A stretch of 63,925 nt of DNA, the filler included, from Trichomonas gallinae (Eukaryota): assembly GCA_008369845.1 (NCBI GenBank). It is 8 parts of 8 records of this genome, joined end to end, with 100 filler letters (N's around TTAATTAATTAA, not from the genome) between each part and the next. Parts side by side here need not be neighbours in the genome. Positions count along the whole stretch, not along the records: positions 1 to 26,273 come from MRSU01000555.1; 7 more parts are not named here. The stretch is one strand, 5' to 3'. Within the stretch, counting starts at the first letter, position 1. Every line of letters starts with the position of its first letter. Positions 12,901-22,647 of this stretch are shown here, piece by piece. The notes beneath the pieces were generated by a model that saw only the letters and a program-made list of their open reading frames with translations, did not search any database and had not been told where the DNA came from. Both the position numbers and the translations under genes were made by a program.

Positions 12901-15900
12901 ATTTCTGATTTCAGTCTTTCGTTCGATTTTGTTATATCTTCGTTTTTGATCTTCATGTTTGTCAATGTTGATTCTAGTTCTTCATTCTTTTCAATCAAAT
13001 TCTCATGCTCGTTTTGGTTGTTTTCTATTGTATTTTGAAGACTCTTGATTTGGTTCTTTTGCAGTTTGATTTCTTGCTTCAATGAATTATTTTCGAGTTT
13101 GACTTTTTCTAATTTGGAATTATTTTCTTGATTGTTTTGCTGCATTGTAGATCTCAGATCATTAACAACTCTATTGAGGTCCTGGTTCATAAATGATTCA
13201 CGTTTAAGTTTGTTTAATTCGTTCTCGAGATTTTCGATTTCTTCTTCTTTCTCATGAATTGATTTGTCGTAATTAGTTGATCTAAATTCGAGAACAGTGA
13301 GCTTTTCTTTCATTGAAGTGTTTTCTTTGATCAATCTATCGATTTGCTTCTGCTTCGATGAATTTTCCATTTCATAATTATTTAACTGCATCTTAGCATT
13401 TTGCAATTCGCTGTCTTTGTCTTTGAGATATCTTGAATTTTCATTTTCGTTTAGTTTCTTGTCGTTCAGTGATTTCTGTGCCTTAGATAGCTGATCTTCT
13501 TTAATTGAAAGTGCATTTTTGATTGAATCGAGTTCGTTCTTTAGTTTCTGTATTGTGATTTGAAGCTGAGAGTTCTCGGTTTCGAGAGAAATCTTCATTT
13601 TTGTTGTCTGCGAAAGATTTTCGATTTTTTCTTGTGAGTCATTTTGAAGTCTTTCGATTAAATCTGATTTGTCGCTGTCTGATTTGCGAAGCTGGTCAAT
13701 GATTTCACTCATGCTCTGATTTTCTTTCTCCTTATCGGAAAGATTCGTCTTAAGAGTTTTAATTGTTAATTCGTCATCCGAATGTTGTTTCTTCAAGTTT
13801 TCTATTTCATTATTCTTCGATTTGATTGTAGATGAAACATTGTTAATGGAGCTTTCGAGTTTCTTGATTCTGTTCTCTTTTTCATTCATCGATTTCCTGA
13901 TATTTTCCAGTTCTTCGACTTTATTATTGAAGTCTTCTTCCATGGAAGAAATTTCTTCGTTCTTTGTTTGCTTGATTTCTTCATTTTCTTCTGACAATGA
14001 TTCGACTTTATTGTTTAATTTGTTGATGAGTTTCTCCTGCTTTGAGATAACTTTTCTTATATTTGTTGCCTCTGATTTCATCTTTTGAAGTTCATCATTC
14101 AAATATTGTTCTTTCGTTTTCATTTCATCGAGGATCTTATTTGATTTTTCTTTCTCTTCTTCTAATTTGGATTTCAAGACTTTGATTTCATTTTCAGCAT
14201 CATTTAACTGAGACTTGTAATTAATATTTTCTTGCTTTAATGACTTATAATCTTCGTTTTCTATTTGAGATGATCTAAGTTGACTGTTTTGTGTTTGCGT
14301 TAATAATTGCAATTCTTCAATTTCGTTTTGCATATTCTTGATTCTCTCGTTGAGTTTCGTGTTTTCTTCATTTGTTTCATTGAGTTTTTCCTTTAATAAA
14401 TCTTTGTCATGATTTAATTCACTGTTAAGCTTCTTTAGTTTTGTGATTTCGCTTTCAGCTTTCTCTAATGATTGATTATTATTGCTATTAATAGTTTTAG
14501 ACTGAGACAAAAATTCTTCTTGATCATCAATCTGTGACTTTAATTGATTGACTTCTGTTGATTTTCTATTAAGAGTCAATTTCAAGTCTCCATTTTCTGA
14601 TTCGACGAAGATTAGTCTCTGACTTGCTGTATCATATTGTTTCTGAAGCATTGATAATGAAGATTTTAATTGTTCAATTTCATTTGCATTCTTCATTTGA
14701 GATAAATTCATCTTATGTTCTATATCTTCTTTTTCTAGTTCCAAGTCATTGATTTTCGCTTTAAGTTGTCTTGTTTCATTGACAAAATCATCATTTGTTT
14801 TAGTTACATTTTCAAGCTTTGCCTGAAGTTTGATGTTTTCGTCAATTGCGTCGTTGTATTTCGATAAAAGATTCTCATGATCGAATTTCGAGTTTTCGAA
14901 GTCTTTGCACTTCTTCTTGTATTTCTCGTTTTCTGATTTAGCAATGTCGAAATCTGTTTTAATTGTGTCGTATTTCTTCCTGAGATCACTGAGATCATTT
15001 GTCGTTGATTGCAGTTCTTTAACTGTTGTATCGAGTTTGGATTTTAGTTGTTCGTTCATTCTTTTGGTTTGATTTAATTCACTTGAAACCGTTTCGAAGC
15101 TTTCTTTGATTTGGCTGTTTCCGAATTTCATTGAGTTTAACTGGGTTAATGTGTCTTCGTATTTAAATTTGTAGTCTTCTTGTTTAAATTTGTCAAAATC
15201 AGAAATTGTCTGTTCGAGTTGATTTTTGAGTTCTTCGTTTTCTTTCTTTGTTTTCGCCAAATCATTTGATATTGTTTCGAATTTAAGAGAGGATTCCGAG
15301 TTAATCCTTTTAGCTTCTTGTAGTTGTTGCATTGTTTTCGCGAGATTTTCATCTGAAACCTTCTTAGAATCAATCGCTGATTCAAGTTCAGACTTCAAAT
15401 CACTATTGCTCATTCTAAATCCTTCTAATTCGTTTTTGATTGTTTCTGCATTCTTTTGTGCTTCAAGTAAAGATTTGTGAGTCTGTTCGTTGTCCTTGGA
15501 AATCGATTCTATCTGTTTCATGAGCGAATTATATTCTATTGTTTGGTTGTCGAGTTTTCGCTTGATGTCATTTTTCTCTGATATTATTTCGTGAAGTTTA
15601 TTCGCGTTTTCTTGGTTCTCCTTTGACACAGATTCGAGCTGAGAAGTGAGCTGAGCAACAGATCTCTTGAGTCTTTCATTCTCTGGTCTTAATGTGCTGA
15701 CTAAGAAGTTGAGGTTCTCACTTTCTTCAATCAGCATCTTCAAGTCAGAAATTGTCTTGTTTTGGTCATTTAATTGGTTCTTAAGCATCTCTATTTTCGC
15801 ATTTTGCTGAGTAGAAATTATATTCTGTTCATCAATTTGACGCTTTAACTTATAATATTCGTCATCGAGATTTTCTTTTTGCAGTGAAATATCCTTAAGC

Positions 15901-18900
15901 TTGGAGCTAAGATCATCAGCTTCTTTAGTTAATTTCTCCTTTGCTTTGCTCAATGAATCAATTTGTTGAGCTTTCTCATCATTGTTTCTTGCTAACTGAG
16001 AAATTTTATTCTCTGATTCTTCTTTTTGCTGCTTCATTTCACGCAGTTGATCACCTAGCTTCCTAATTTCTTCAACAAATGATTCATTAGACTCGTTTAA
16101 CATATTATTTGATTTGTTCAATTCTTCCAAATCCGACTGAAGACTTTGAGCTTGTTTTTCTTTATTGACTAAATTGTTCATGAGTTCTTCAATTTGTTTC
16201 TTCAAATTCGTTATTTCATTATCTTTGTTGTGTGACTCATCACGAAGACTAGAAATCAGATTATCCTTTTCATTAGATATTTGAGTTAATTTGTTGGAAA
16301 TTTCTGCTTTTGATTTTTCGATTTCATTGATTTTGTTGTACTGATTTTCTATTTGTAATTTCAACTCAAATATTTGCTTATCTTTCTCGTTATCATTCTG
16401 TTTGATTTGGTTATGTAACTCTTTGATTTCATTCTCCTTCTGTTCTTCCTTCCTCTTGAATTCTTGATTTAATTCTTTGGTTTCATTTTGCTTTTGTTCT
16501 TCTTTCCTCTTGAATTCTTCGTTTAATTGTTTGATTTGATTTTCTTTTTCGACTTCTTTTTGCTTCATTTGCTCGTTCAATTCCTTGATTTTGTTTTCAT
16601 TGTTTGATTCTATTTGTATAATTCTGTCGTTAAGTTGCTGAATTTGTTTATCTTTCGTTTCATTGAGATTTGAAATTTTCTCTTTTTCGTTTTTAATATT
16701 TTTGATTTCTTCGTCGAGTTTGAAAATCATTTCGTTCTTTGAAGCCAACTCTTTTTCATTATTCGAAATCTTGTTGTTGAGAATGCTTATCTCAGATGTC
16801 TTTAAGCTCAAATCATTCTGAAGTCTAAGTATTTGATCTTTTAGATCATTTTGCTTTGATTTCGATGAAACCATTCTTTGTAACTCATCAATTTGCTTTT
16901 TATCTTCGGCATTTTGCACCATTAGTTTCTGCTTTGTTTCTTCTAGTGATTTAATGAGATTTCCTTGCGAATCAATCATTTTGTCTTTTTCTTTGATTAT
17001 TCCTTCACAGTGAGAAACTGAATTTTCCAAGAGTTTGATTTTGTCGTCTTTATCTTGAATTTGCGATTTGAGTTTTGCGATTTTAGTTACATTGGAATCA
17101 TGATCAGTTAATTTTAATGTCTGCTGTGAGATTGTGTTCTTCAATGCATTGACTGTTTCCATGTTTGATAAATTGCTTTGATTGATTTCTTCGAGTTCGG
17201 TTTCTCTTCTTGTTAATTCGTCCTGCAATGACTCAATTTCGGCATCTTTCGAAGCAATCATGTCTTTGAGTGTAGTTGCAGCTGTTGTTGCTTCATTGTA
17301 GGCTTTCTGAGCAAATTGTAATTCTTTGTTTAACTGATCATTTTTAGAAATTTCTTGCTGAATTTTTAGATTTGCTAAATTCAGTTTATTTTGCAAATCG
17401 AATATTTGTACATCTTTGTCTCCAATTGCTGTCTTCAAGTTGTCGTTTTCATTCTTGAATGTTTTCTCTTTGATGACTGAATTTTGCAGTTCTGAGATGT
17501 TTTGTGATTCACCGATTAATTCTTGAATTTTAGCCTGAAGATCGGAGATTTCTGAATTCAAGTCAGCAATTTCTCTGTCTTTCTGTTGTATTATTTGCTT
17601 GTTTCCTTCATCAGCAGCTAATAATCTTTTGAGTTCTCTAATTTGCTGCTCGAGATCTGTATTTTTCACGCGAATTTCATTGAATTCTGTATTTGGAACA
17701 GATTTAAGTTTGATTTCATGCAATTGAACTTCTAGTTCTGAGTTCTGCTGAAGAACTTCTTGTAATTTATCTTTTGTGTCATTGAATTCTTTCTCGTCTT
17801 TTTCTAGAATCATTAATTTCGCCTTCAAATCTGAATTTTCTTTTGCAAGATTTTCGTTTTCATTTTCGAGTTCGTTATTTCTTTCCTCCAAGTCTTGTAT
17901 CTGTCTATTTGATGCGTCAATTGCTGCTTTGTTGATTTTCTCTGTTATTTCTATCTTTTGCAATGAATTGTTGTAGTTATTAGAAAGTTCTTCGAGATGT
18001 GATTTTAATTCTGTCATTTCTTTGTTTAAGTCATCAATGATTTTTGCTTTTTCTGCATTTTGCTCTGTCAAATCTTTCTCTGTTTCTTTGAGTAGATTTA
18101 TTTCATCGTTGAGTCTTGGGATATCCAAAACTTTGGATTTTAATTCATCATTAACATCTTTCATGTCTTCATTTTGATTTAACAATTGTTCGGTTTTAAT
18201 TTTCTCGCTTTCTAGATCTGCTTGAGTGTCAATGAGTTCGCTATTCAATGCTTTGTTTTTGTCTTGCAAAGTCTTTACATTTTGCTGAAATTCAATGATT
18301 TTTACTTTCATGTTTTCGATTTCTTCCTTTTGTTTTTGAGACAGTTGAGATAAATTGTCTATTTTGCTTTGTGCTTGCTTCAACTGCGAGTTTAGATCTT
18401 CTAGATTAGCATTTGCGCTGTTAAGTTGATCATTTAATGATTGAATCTTTGATTTCAATGTTTCGTTTTCGGAATTTAATTTGGAAATGTTTTGCAATTT
18501 ATCACTTTTTGCAAGTTCGCATTCGTTTAATTCCTTTGACAATTCATCGATTTTCGCTTTAAGAGTTTGTATTTCATCGATTTGTTCTTGAATAGTTTCC
18601 TTGTTTTGTGTATTTTCGTTTCTTAACTCTTCATTTATTTGCGTGTTTTCAGCAAGTTTTTCTTTCACTGCAGAAATTGTTGAATCTTTTTCATCAACTT
18701 TGTTTTCTAATGTCGAACTTTTCTGTTTCTCGCGCTGCAATTCTTCTCTCACTGAGTCAACATCATTGTCAATCAGTTTCTGCTTTAAATCTTCTATTTC
18801 TTTTTGAAGTAGTTTGATTTTTTCATCATTTTGTTTTTTAACATTATTTAGCGAATTCGCAAAATCATTCTCGGCTTGATTTAGTTTGTTTTGAAGATTC

Positions 18901-20921
18901 TTTGTTTTCTGTTTTTCTTTCTCCAATAATTCGTCTTTGTCGTGAGAAATCTTTGATAGATTGTCTATTTGAAGAGAAATCTGCTGATTACTTTCGTTGT
19001 TTGTTTCTTCTAAAGTTTTCATATCATTTTGCAATCTTTGGATTTGTTTTTTGAGATTTTCGTTTTGATCAAGATTGTCTTTGTTTATTTTCTCTAACTG
19101 ATTGATTTTAGTTTGTTTCTCTTTAAGTTGCTCGCCGCAGTTGTTTAAAAGCATCTGAATTTCGTCTTCTATTTTTCGTTTCGTTTGTTGTATTTCGAAA
19201 TTCACGTCTTCCAAATTTTTGTTGAAAGAAATCTTGAAAATGTTTAATTGGTTATTTAATGCATCCTTTTGTCTCTTTTTGAGCTCCTTCATGTCATTGT
19301 ATAATTGATTTAATTTCGATTTCAGTTTAAAGTTTTCATTCGACAATTTTTTGTTTTGTTCGTTTAATTCTTCTTTTTCAGCTTTCATCAAAGTTATTTG
19401 GTAATTCGAGTCTGAGTTTTGTTTATTTTGCAGCTGCTGCTTAAGATTGGCTATTATGTTGTTTAATTCTTGTATTTTATTCTCTAGTTCTGGATTTGTT
19501 TGGTTCTCTAAAATGCTTTGTAAGTCTGAAATATTTGACGATGAATTATCTTCTTCTGGGATTTGCTGTGTTTTAGTTGTTTCTAGCTGTGCTTTGAGGA
19601 AAGTTATCTGATTGTTCAGCTGCGAGTTTTGGTCCAATAAACTTTGGTTTTCGGCGTCTTTTTCTTGGATTCTTTTTCGCAAAGTTTCTAGTTCTGTTTT
19701 AAATGGATTTATTCTGTCTCTAGGCGATGAATTAAGAGTTGTTGAGCTGTTTAACGTGTCGTATTTTTTCTGCAGATCGTCAATTAAGTTCTTTTGCGCT
19801 TGATTTATTTGTTTTAGTTTTTCAATTTCGATTATATTTGTTTTTGAGTCCGAATTTGATTTCGTTAGTTGATTTTGGAGGTTATCGAATTGTGCTTTAA
19901 GTTTATCATAATCATTTGCCAATGTTTGCTTTTCTTGTTCGATTTTTGAATTTTGATCAGTTAATCTGTTGTTTGTTTGCTGAAGAATTTCATTTTCCCT
20001 CACTTTATTCTTCATCTGCCTCTCGTTTTCCTGTATTTGATTCTGTAAATTCGTGATTTGATCTTGATTTATATTCGATTTCACTGGGGAATCGGTTTTT
20101 TGGTTCTGTGATAGTCTAAATATCTCATTTCTGGCATCAGCGAGCTCCTGAGTCCTTTGTCCAATTAAATTTTCTTGTTCTTGGTTTCTTCTCTCTAAAT
20201 CTCTATTTAATTCACGCAAATCAATTAATTCTTGTGGATCCACTTTCTTTGTTTCGGCTTCCTTATTCAACTGGTCTTGGAGTAATTCTATTTTCTCTAG
20301 AAGTTGAGAATTTTCTTGAATTAATTCTTCTTGTTGCATTCGCCCGTGACGCTCAGAAGCCGCTCTCCGCTGCTCAATAGTAATATTTTTCATATTAACA
20401 ACGTTCAATTGTGGTAATATATAAGTAATAAATAATTCATTTGACGTATCTCTCATTATTGGCGTTCCTTCTATATCTAGTAGTGCTAAATTCTTCAAAT
20501 CCGACAGTTTCTGCAGCTCTAAAATATTACTTATTGGATTAAAATTCAATCTTAATTGTCTTAAAACTGTTAAATTCTTGATAGAACGCGGTATTTGGCT
20601 GATTTGGTTGTGGTTTAGTGTAATGGACCTGAGAAGATGCAATTTAGTCAGTGGTGTCATGTCAGTTATTTCGTTATACGAAAAATTAATTTGTGTTAGA
20701 TTTCGAAGGGTTTGTATATTGGTAATGTCTATTATTCCGTGACCTATTAAACTGAGGCTATCTAAATTAGCGAATTTATGTATAGGTTCGATATTCGCGA
20801 TATAACCACGCTTAGGGGAGTAATCAAAACGTATTGACTGGATATCGTCTGCATTTTTGGAGTCAGTCAGACCCTCTATAAACTTGTCGTTGAAAATCAG
20901 TCGTGGAGTCGTGTTCTTCAT
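9987..20921 (-). CDS. Giant LRR + coiled-coil protein (3644 aa; SDS22-type LRRs with LRRcap, centriolin-like architecture)
   Basis: N-terminal LxxLxLxxNxI repeats (LTQINFSYNEI, LRSITLNHNQI, LRQLRLNFNPI), then LPQLNVVN cap, then more than 3400 aa of K/E/N/Q heptads. Confidence 0.9.
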   Translation of the reverse strand: MKNTTPRLIFNDKFIEGLTDSKNADDIQSIRFDYSPKRGYIANIEPIHKFANLDSLSLIGHGIIDITNIQTLRNLTQINFSYNEITDMTPLTKLHLLRSITLNHNQISQIPRSIKNLTVLRQLRLNFNPISNILELQKLSDLKNLALLDIEGTPIMRDTSNELFITYILPQLNVVNMKNITIEQRRAASERHGRMQQEELIQENSQLLEKIELLQDQLNKEAETKKVDPQELIDLRELNRDLERRNQEQENLIGQRTQELADARNEIFRLSQNQKTDSPVKSNINQDQITNLQNQIQENERQMKNKVRENEILQQTNNRLTDQNSKIEQEKQTLANDYDKLKAQFDNLQNQLTKSNSDSKTNIIEIEKLKQINQAQKNLIDDLQKKYDTLNSSTTLNSSPRDRINPFKTELETLRKRIQEKDAENQSLLDQNSQLNNQITFLKAQLETTKTQQIPEEDNSSSNISDLQSILENQTNPELENKIQELNNIIANLKQQLQNKQNSDSNYQITLMKAEKEELNEQNKKLSNENFKLKSKLNQLYNDMKELKKRQKDALNNQLNIFKISFNKNLEDVNFEIQQTKRKIEDEIQMLLNNCGEQLKEKQTKINQLEKINKDNLDQNENLKKQIQRLQNDMKTLEETNNESNQQISLQIDNLSKISHDKDELLEKEKQKTKNLQNKLNQAENDFANSLNNVKKQNDEKIKLLQKEIEDLKQKLIDNDVDSVREELQREKQKSSTLENKVDEKDSTISAVKEKLAENTQINEELRNENTQNKETIQEQIDEIQTLKAKIDELSKELNECELAKSDKLQNISKLNSENETLKSKIQSLNDQLNSANANLEDLNSQLKQAQSKIDNLSQLSQKQKEEIENMKVKIIEFQQNVKTLQDKNKALNSELIDTQADLESEKIKTEQLLNQNEDMKDVNDELKSKVLDIPRLNDEINLLKETEKDLTEQNAEKAKIIDDLNKEMTELKSHLEELSNNYNNSLQKIEITEKINKAAIDASNRQIQDLEERNNELENENENLAKENSDLKAKLMILEKDEKEFNDTKDKLQEVLQQNSELEVQLHEIKLKSVPNTEFNEIRVKNTDLEQQIRELKRLLAADEGNKQIIQQKDREIADLNSEISDLQAKIQELIGESQNISELQNSVIKEKTFKNENDNLKTAIGDKDVQIFDLQNKLNLANLKIQQEISKNDQLNKELQFAQKAYNEATTAATTLKDMIASKDAEIESLQDELTRRETELEEINQSNLSNMETVNALKNTISQQTLKLTDHDSNVTKIAKLKSQIQDKDDKIKLLENSVSHCEGIIKEKDKMIDSQGNLIKSLEETKQKLMVQNAEDKKQIDELQRMVSSKSKQNDLKDQILRLQNDLSLKTSEISILNNKISNNEKELASKNEMIFKLDEEIKNIKNEKEKISNLNETKDKQIQQLNDRIIQIESNNENKIKELNEQMKQKEVEKENQIKQLNEEFKRKEEQKQNETKELNQEFKRKEEQKENEIKELHNQIKQNDNEKDKQIFELKLQIENQYNKINEIEKSKAEISNKLTQISNEKDNLISSLRDESHNKDNEITNLKKQIEELMNNLVNKEKQAQSLQSDLEELNKSNNMLNESNESFVEEIRKLGDQLREMKQQKEESENKISQLARNNDEKAQQIDSLSKAKEKLTKEADDLSSKLKDISLQKENLDDEYYKLKRQIDEQNIISTQQNAKIEMLKNQLNDQNKTISDLKMLIEESENLNFLVSTLRPENERLKRSVAQLTSQLESVSKENQENANKLHEIISEKNDIKRKLDNQTIEYNSLMKQIESISKDNEQTHKSLLEAQKNAETIKNELEGFRMSNSDLKSELESAIDSKKVSDENLAKTMQQLQEAKRINSESSLKFETISNDLAKTKKENEELKNQLEQTISDFDKFKQEDYKFKYEDTLTQLNSMKFGNSQIKESFETVSSELNQTKRMNEQLKSKLDTTVKELQSTTNDLSDLRKKYDTIKTDFDIAKSENEKYKKKCKDFENSKFDHENLLSKYNDAIDENIKLQAKLENVTKTNDDFVNETRQLKAKINDLELEKEDIEHKMNLSQMKNANEIEQLKSSLSMLQKQYDTASQRLIFVESENGDLKLTLNRKSTEVNQLKSQIDDQEEFLSQSKTINSNNNQSLEKAESEITKLKKLNSELNHDKDLLKEKLNETNEENTKLNERIKNMQNEIEELQLLTQTQNSQLRSSQIENEDYKSLKQENINYKSQLNDAENEIKVLKSKLEEEKEKSNKILDEMKTKEQYLNDELQKMKSEATNIRKVISKQEKLINKLNNKVESLSEENEEIKQTKNEEISSMEEDFNNKVEELENIRKSMNEKENRIKKLESSINNVSSTIKSKNNEIENLKKQHSDDELTIKTLKTNLSDKEKENQSMSEIIDQLRKSDSDKSDLIERLQNDSQEKIENLSQTTKMKISLETENSQLQITIQKLKNELDSIKNALSIKEDQLSKAQKSLNDKKLNENENSRYLKDKDSELQNAKMQLNNYEMENSSKQKQIDRLIKENTSMKEKLTVLEFRSTNYDKSIHEKEEEIENLENELNKLKRESFMNQDLNRVVNDLRSTMQQNNQENNSKLEKVKLENNSLKQEIKLQKNQIKSLQNTIENNQNEHENLIEKNEELESTLTNMKIKNEDITKSNERLKSEINEMKLFKQENEQIKKENESLKKKNNELEGDASKLRSEIRNKDREIDRLSYTENKMKQLEETINELKKEVEEKSSQIEELSHDLSLKSDEVYSFSCSSSSLKKEIQSKSDRIKNLESKVIKLKQSDERAKKYETDLHEKSLIIENLESELRNIKMENENNINEANDKINSLESEVRKLSREVEDKERQKKYIENNNNKFQKDIERLKESNNIQSANIQQLNIENSQLKDEIKSIETNLLSIKEEMKSKDEKLYSMKEEAKSKDDQLRAMKQTIKSKDEKIESMTEEVKFKNEQIESMKDDVLSLKQTIKSKDEKIDSIKQDLMSKNEIIQSMKDDVNSLRRSNKSKEDEMYQTINSQKSKIDDLENKLNDRELRIEDLTQRNVTDNKDKIADLEKTNQKLRTKLDENEKENKKLNEIITNQNKKIENLNNIIESAKIHSKSLEDRITNLEKDLKSHSSVLSSKDSEISNLEESNTSLLSSIKDKDSEINHLQQQNEELERKLEKLNKESEDKNILIKAMNTKVSNLEKTISKMKEEKDSSNELQSRNKELLAAVDRLEKDYNRIRNDNINLINDINKLKDTILMHERSQREMSDVITCLEAEKNASKKYLESQNENISQLREENKSLKKNNIEQTYEIKRLSDELSHTKSELTSSQNILNSINQSETSLSISSQNVFEKQINEDEMLSLKQTNENLRIQISEISNNYKKLVLENENLSKQISNISHSYESEKASLKKDIGDKRDRTNELMREREQRKSLENEIAELRRLDRSKNALIQRLKRREEELNASLNKVLEEMKVVERVSQEKESAFKKLSLEHKQILDTLQKDGNNVLITEDGQFVDNDSFIKMNEEVGHKLESAQAALDQARIENDNLLRRLRQSEKENKTLKNIIKMSSDLSSNESFDNGKKAVQEHKMREKSMSKVIKDLESRLDSFRAVLKDILTITDQKGGNILNTAKDIKSIIERVKNM

Positions 20922-21053
20922 TTCGCGGGTTTTTAGAGAGAAAATAAACGGTCACCAAAATTTTATTTTCTCGATTTTGGAGCAAAAACAGCTCAGATAC
21001 ACCACATTAACATCATTTTAAAGCTATTTTATGAATAAACAATGTCGAAAAAC

Positions 21054-21440
21054 TCAATAATCAAATTTGAAATTTCCAAATTGTTCTTTTTATCGATTAA
21101 TCACAGTCAATCTATGGATTTTATAAACTTATAATGGACATTATATGATTGTTTTTGCTATTAAATTGTTAATTAATTCATGATTTCCAAAACTTGGATT
21201 GATGCTAATATCATCATCAGGTTTTACATTCTACAAGCATAAAATGGATTTTGTAAGATCAAATTCAGGTTTTGACAATAATTAGAGTTCAATATCAAAA
21301 TTCATGTTTTTTGTTTATTAAGAACTTTCAAACGTAGAATCTTGATTGACAATTTGTTCATTGTATTCACCTTTGATATAGATTTTAAGTGCTTCATTAT
21401 CTTGATTAGAATTAAAATGAAGGACTCCTGAAGACAGAAA
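21054..21440 (-). pseudogene. Decayed ORF with multiple in-frame TAA/TAG stops
   Basis: A single minus-strand frame reads FLSSGVLHFNSNQDNEALKIYIKGEYNEQIVNQDSTFESS**TKNMNFDIEL*LLSKPEFDLTKSILCL*NVKPDDDISINPSFGNHEL..., with coding-like codon use. Confidence 0.45.
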
Positions 21441-21642
21441 TCTATATTATTTGAAATTTAGATATATATACTATCATATAACTGATATATTAAATATCAA
21501 AGCAAAATATAGCTAATTTACCAACGAAAACTCTTCAACAAAATTTGACAAATAAACTCTAAAAATTGACAAAAAATCTGACATAAAAATTGACAAAGGA
21601 AAAAAACTCTGAACGTTAAAAATTTTTACAAAGCTTTAAAAA

Positions 21643-22575
21643 ATGAATCCAATTCCGAATTCCGTTCACGTTTGCTCACTCCAGACGTCTGCCATTAAGA
21701 AGATTGCCCAGCAAGCAGTCGAAGAGGCAGAAAATGGAGATATGGTCACCGCCTACAGATTAAAATGGCTGAATGTCGCAATGGAGTACAACAGACAGAA
21801 GCAAATGCAGTACGTCTTTGCCAACTTAGGTTCTAAAGGCAAGAGCCCGGCATTTAGGGCCATTAGAATGCGTCCTTTCTGGCATATGTGGAGAAAGGAA
21901 TCATTACGTATCGATTGGAACGAAATTAGAGAAAACATTGACCGTAAAATGATGATACAGGATCTTTCTGAGACAACAAGATACTTTGAAAGCCAAAGAA
22001 TCGAGTTAGCTTGCAGAGCATTCGCTCAATCATCGGCAATTCTTCAACTTCCACTTGCAGACATTGTCAATTCCAAGAATGTCAAAGAATTATATACATT
22101 CCAGACACCAGGATCAGTCAGGCCTGGTTATTACAATCAAGGCTACAATTACGTTGAATCCGCTGCACTTTCGACATTTTCTGATGTCTCAGACTCTGAG
22201 CCTCAAACAGAAAGCGTTGATCCATGGGATAGACCTCTTGAAGAGGAATTTGTCGAGCTTGCTGAAAAGAGAGGCTTCATTGAACAGCAAAAGCAAGCAG
22301 AACAGAAAGTAGAAGATCGTGATGTCCCAATAGATGATCCAGAAGAAAAAGTTGAAAATAAAACAGAAAATATTCAGAACGAACAAGTAGAAAAGAAGGA
22401 AGAACCTATTGAAAAGTCAGCCAAGCCACAGACATCAAAGAAGAAGAATGTTTTATATATAATTATTGCATTATTCGCAATTGCTGTTTTATGCGCTGCT
22501 TCGTTTATAGCATACAAGCAGTTTTATGTTGCACAAGCTCTTCCTGCAGAACCAAAGCCTGTTTCCAACAAATAA
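21643..22575 (+). CDS. Hypothetical tail-anchored protein
   Basis: 310-aa ORF with an acidic linker and a C-terminal TM helix (VLYIIIALFAIAVLCAASFIAY). Confidence 0.8.
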   Translation: MNPIPNSVHVCSLQTSAIKKIAQQAVEEAENGDMVTAYRLKWLNVAMEYNRQKQMQYVFANLGSKGKSPAFRAIRMRPFWHMWRKESLRIDWNEIRENIDRKMMIQDLSETTRYFESQRIELACRAFAQSSAILQLPLADIVNSKNVKELYTFQTPGSVRPGYYNQGYNYVESAALSTFSDVSDSEPQTESVDPWDRPLEEEFVELAEKRGFIEQQKQAEQKVEDRDVPIDDPEEKVENKTENIQNEQVEKKEEPIEKSAKPQTSKKKNVLYIIIALFAIAVLCAASFIAYKQFYVAQALPAEPKPVSNK

Positions 22576-22647
22576 TTGATTTTTTAATTTTTTATTGTCT
22601 GACATTTAAAAATATTGTTTCGATAAAAATAGTATATTATTTACATA

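Noticed and set aside
10069..19803. Many plus-strand Ser/Phe/Leu-rich ORFs inside the giant gene, and similar antisense ORFs elsewhere
   Set aside because: They are antisense shadows of K/E-rich coding sequence.
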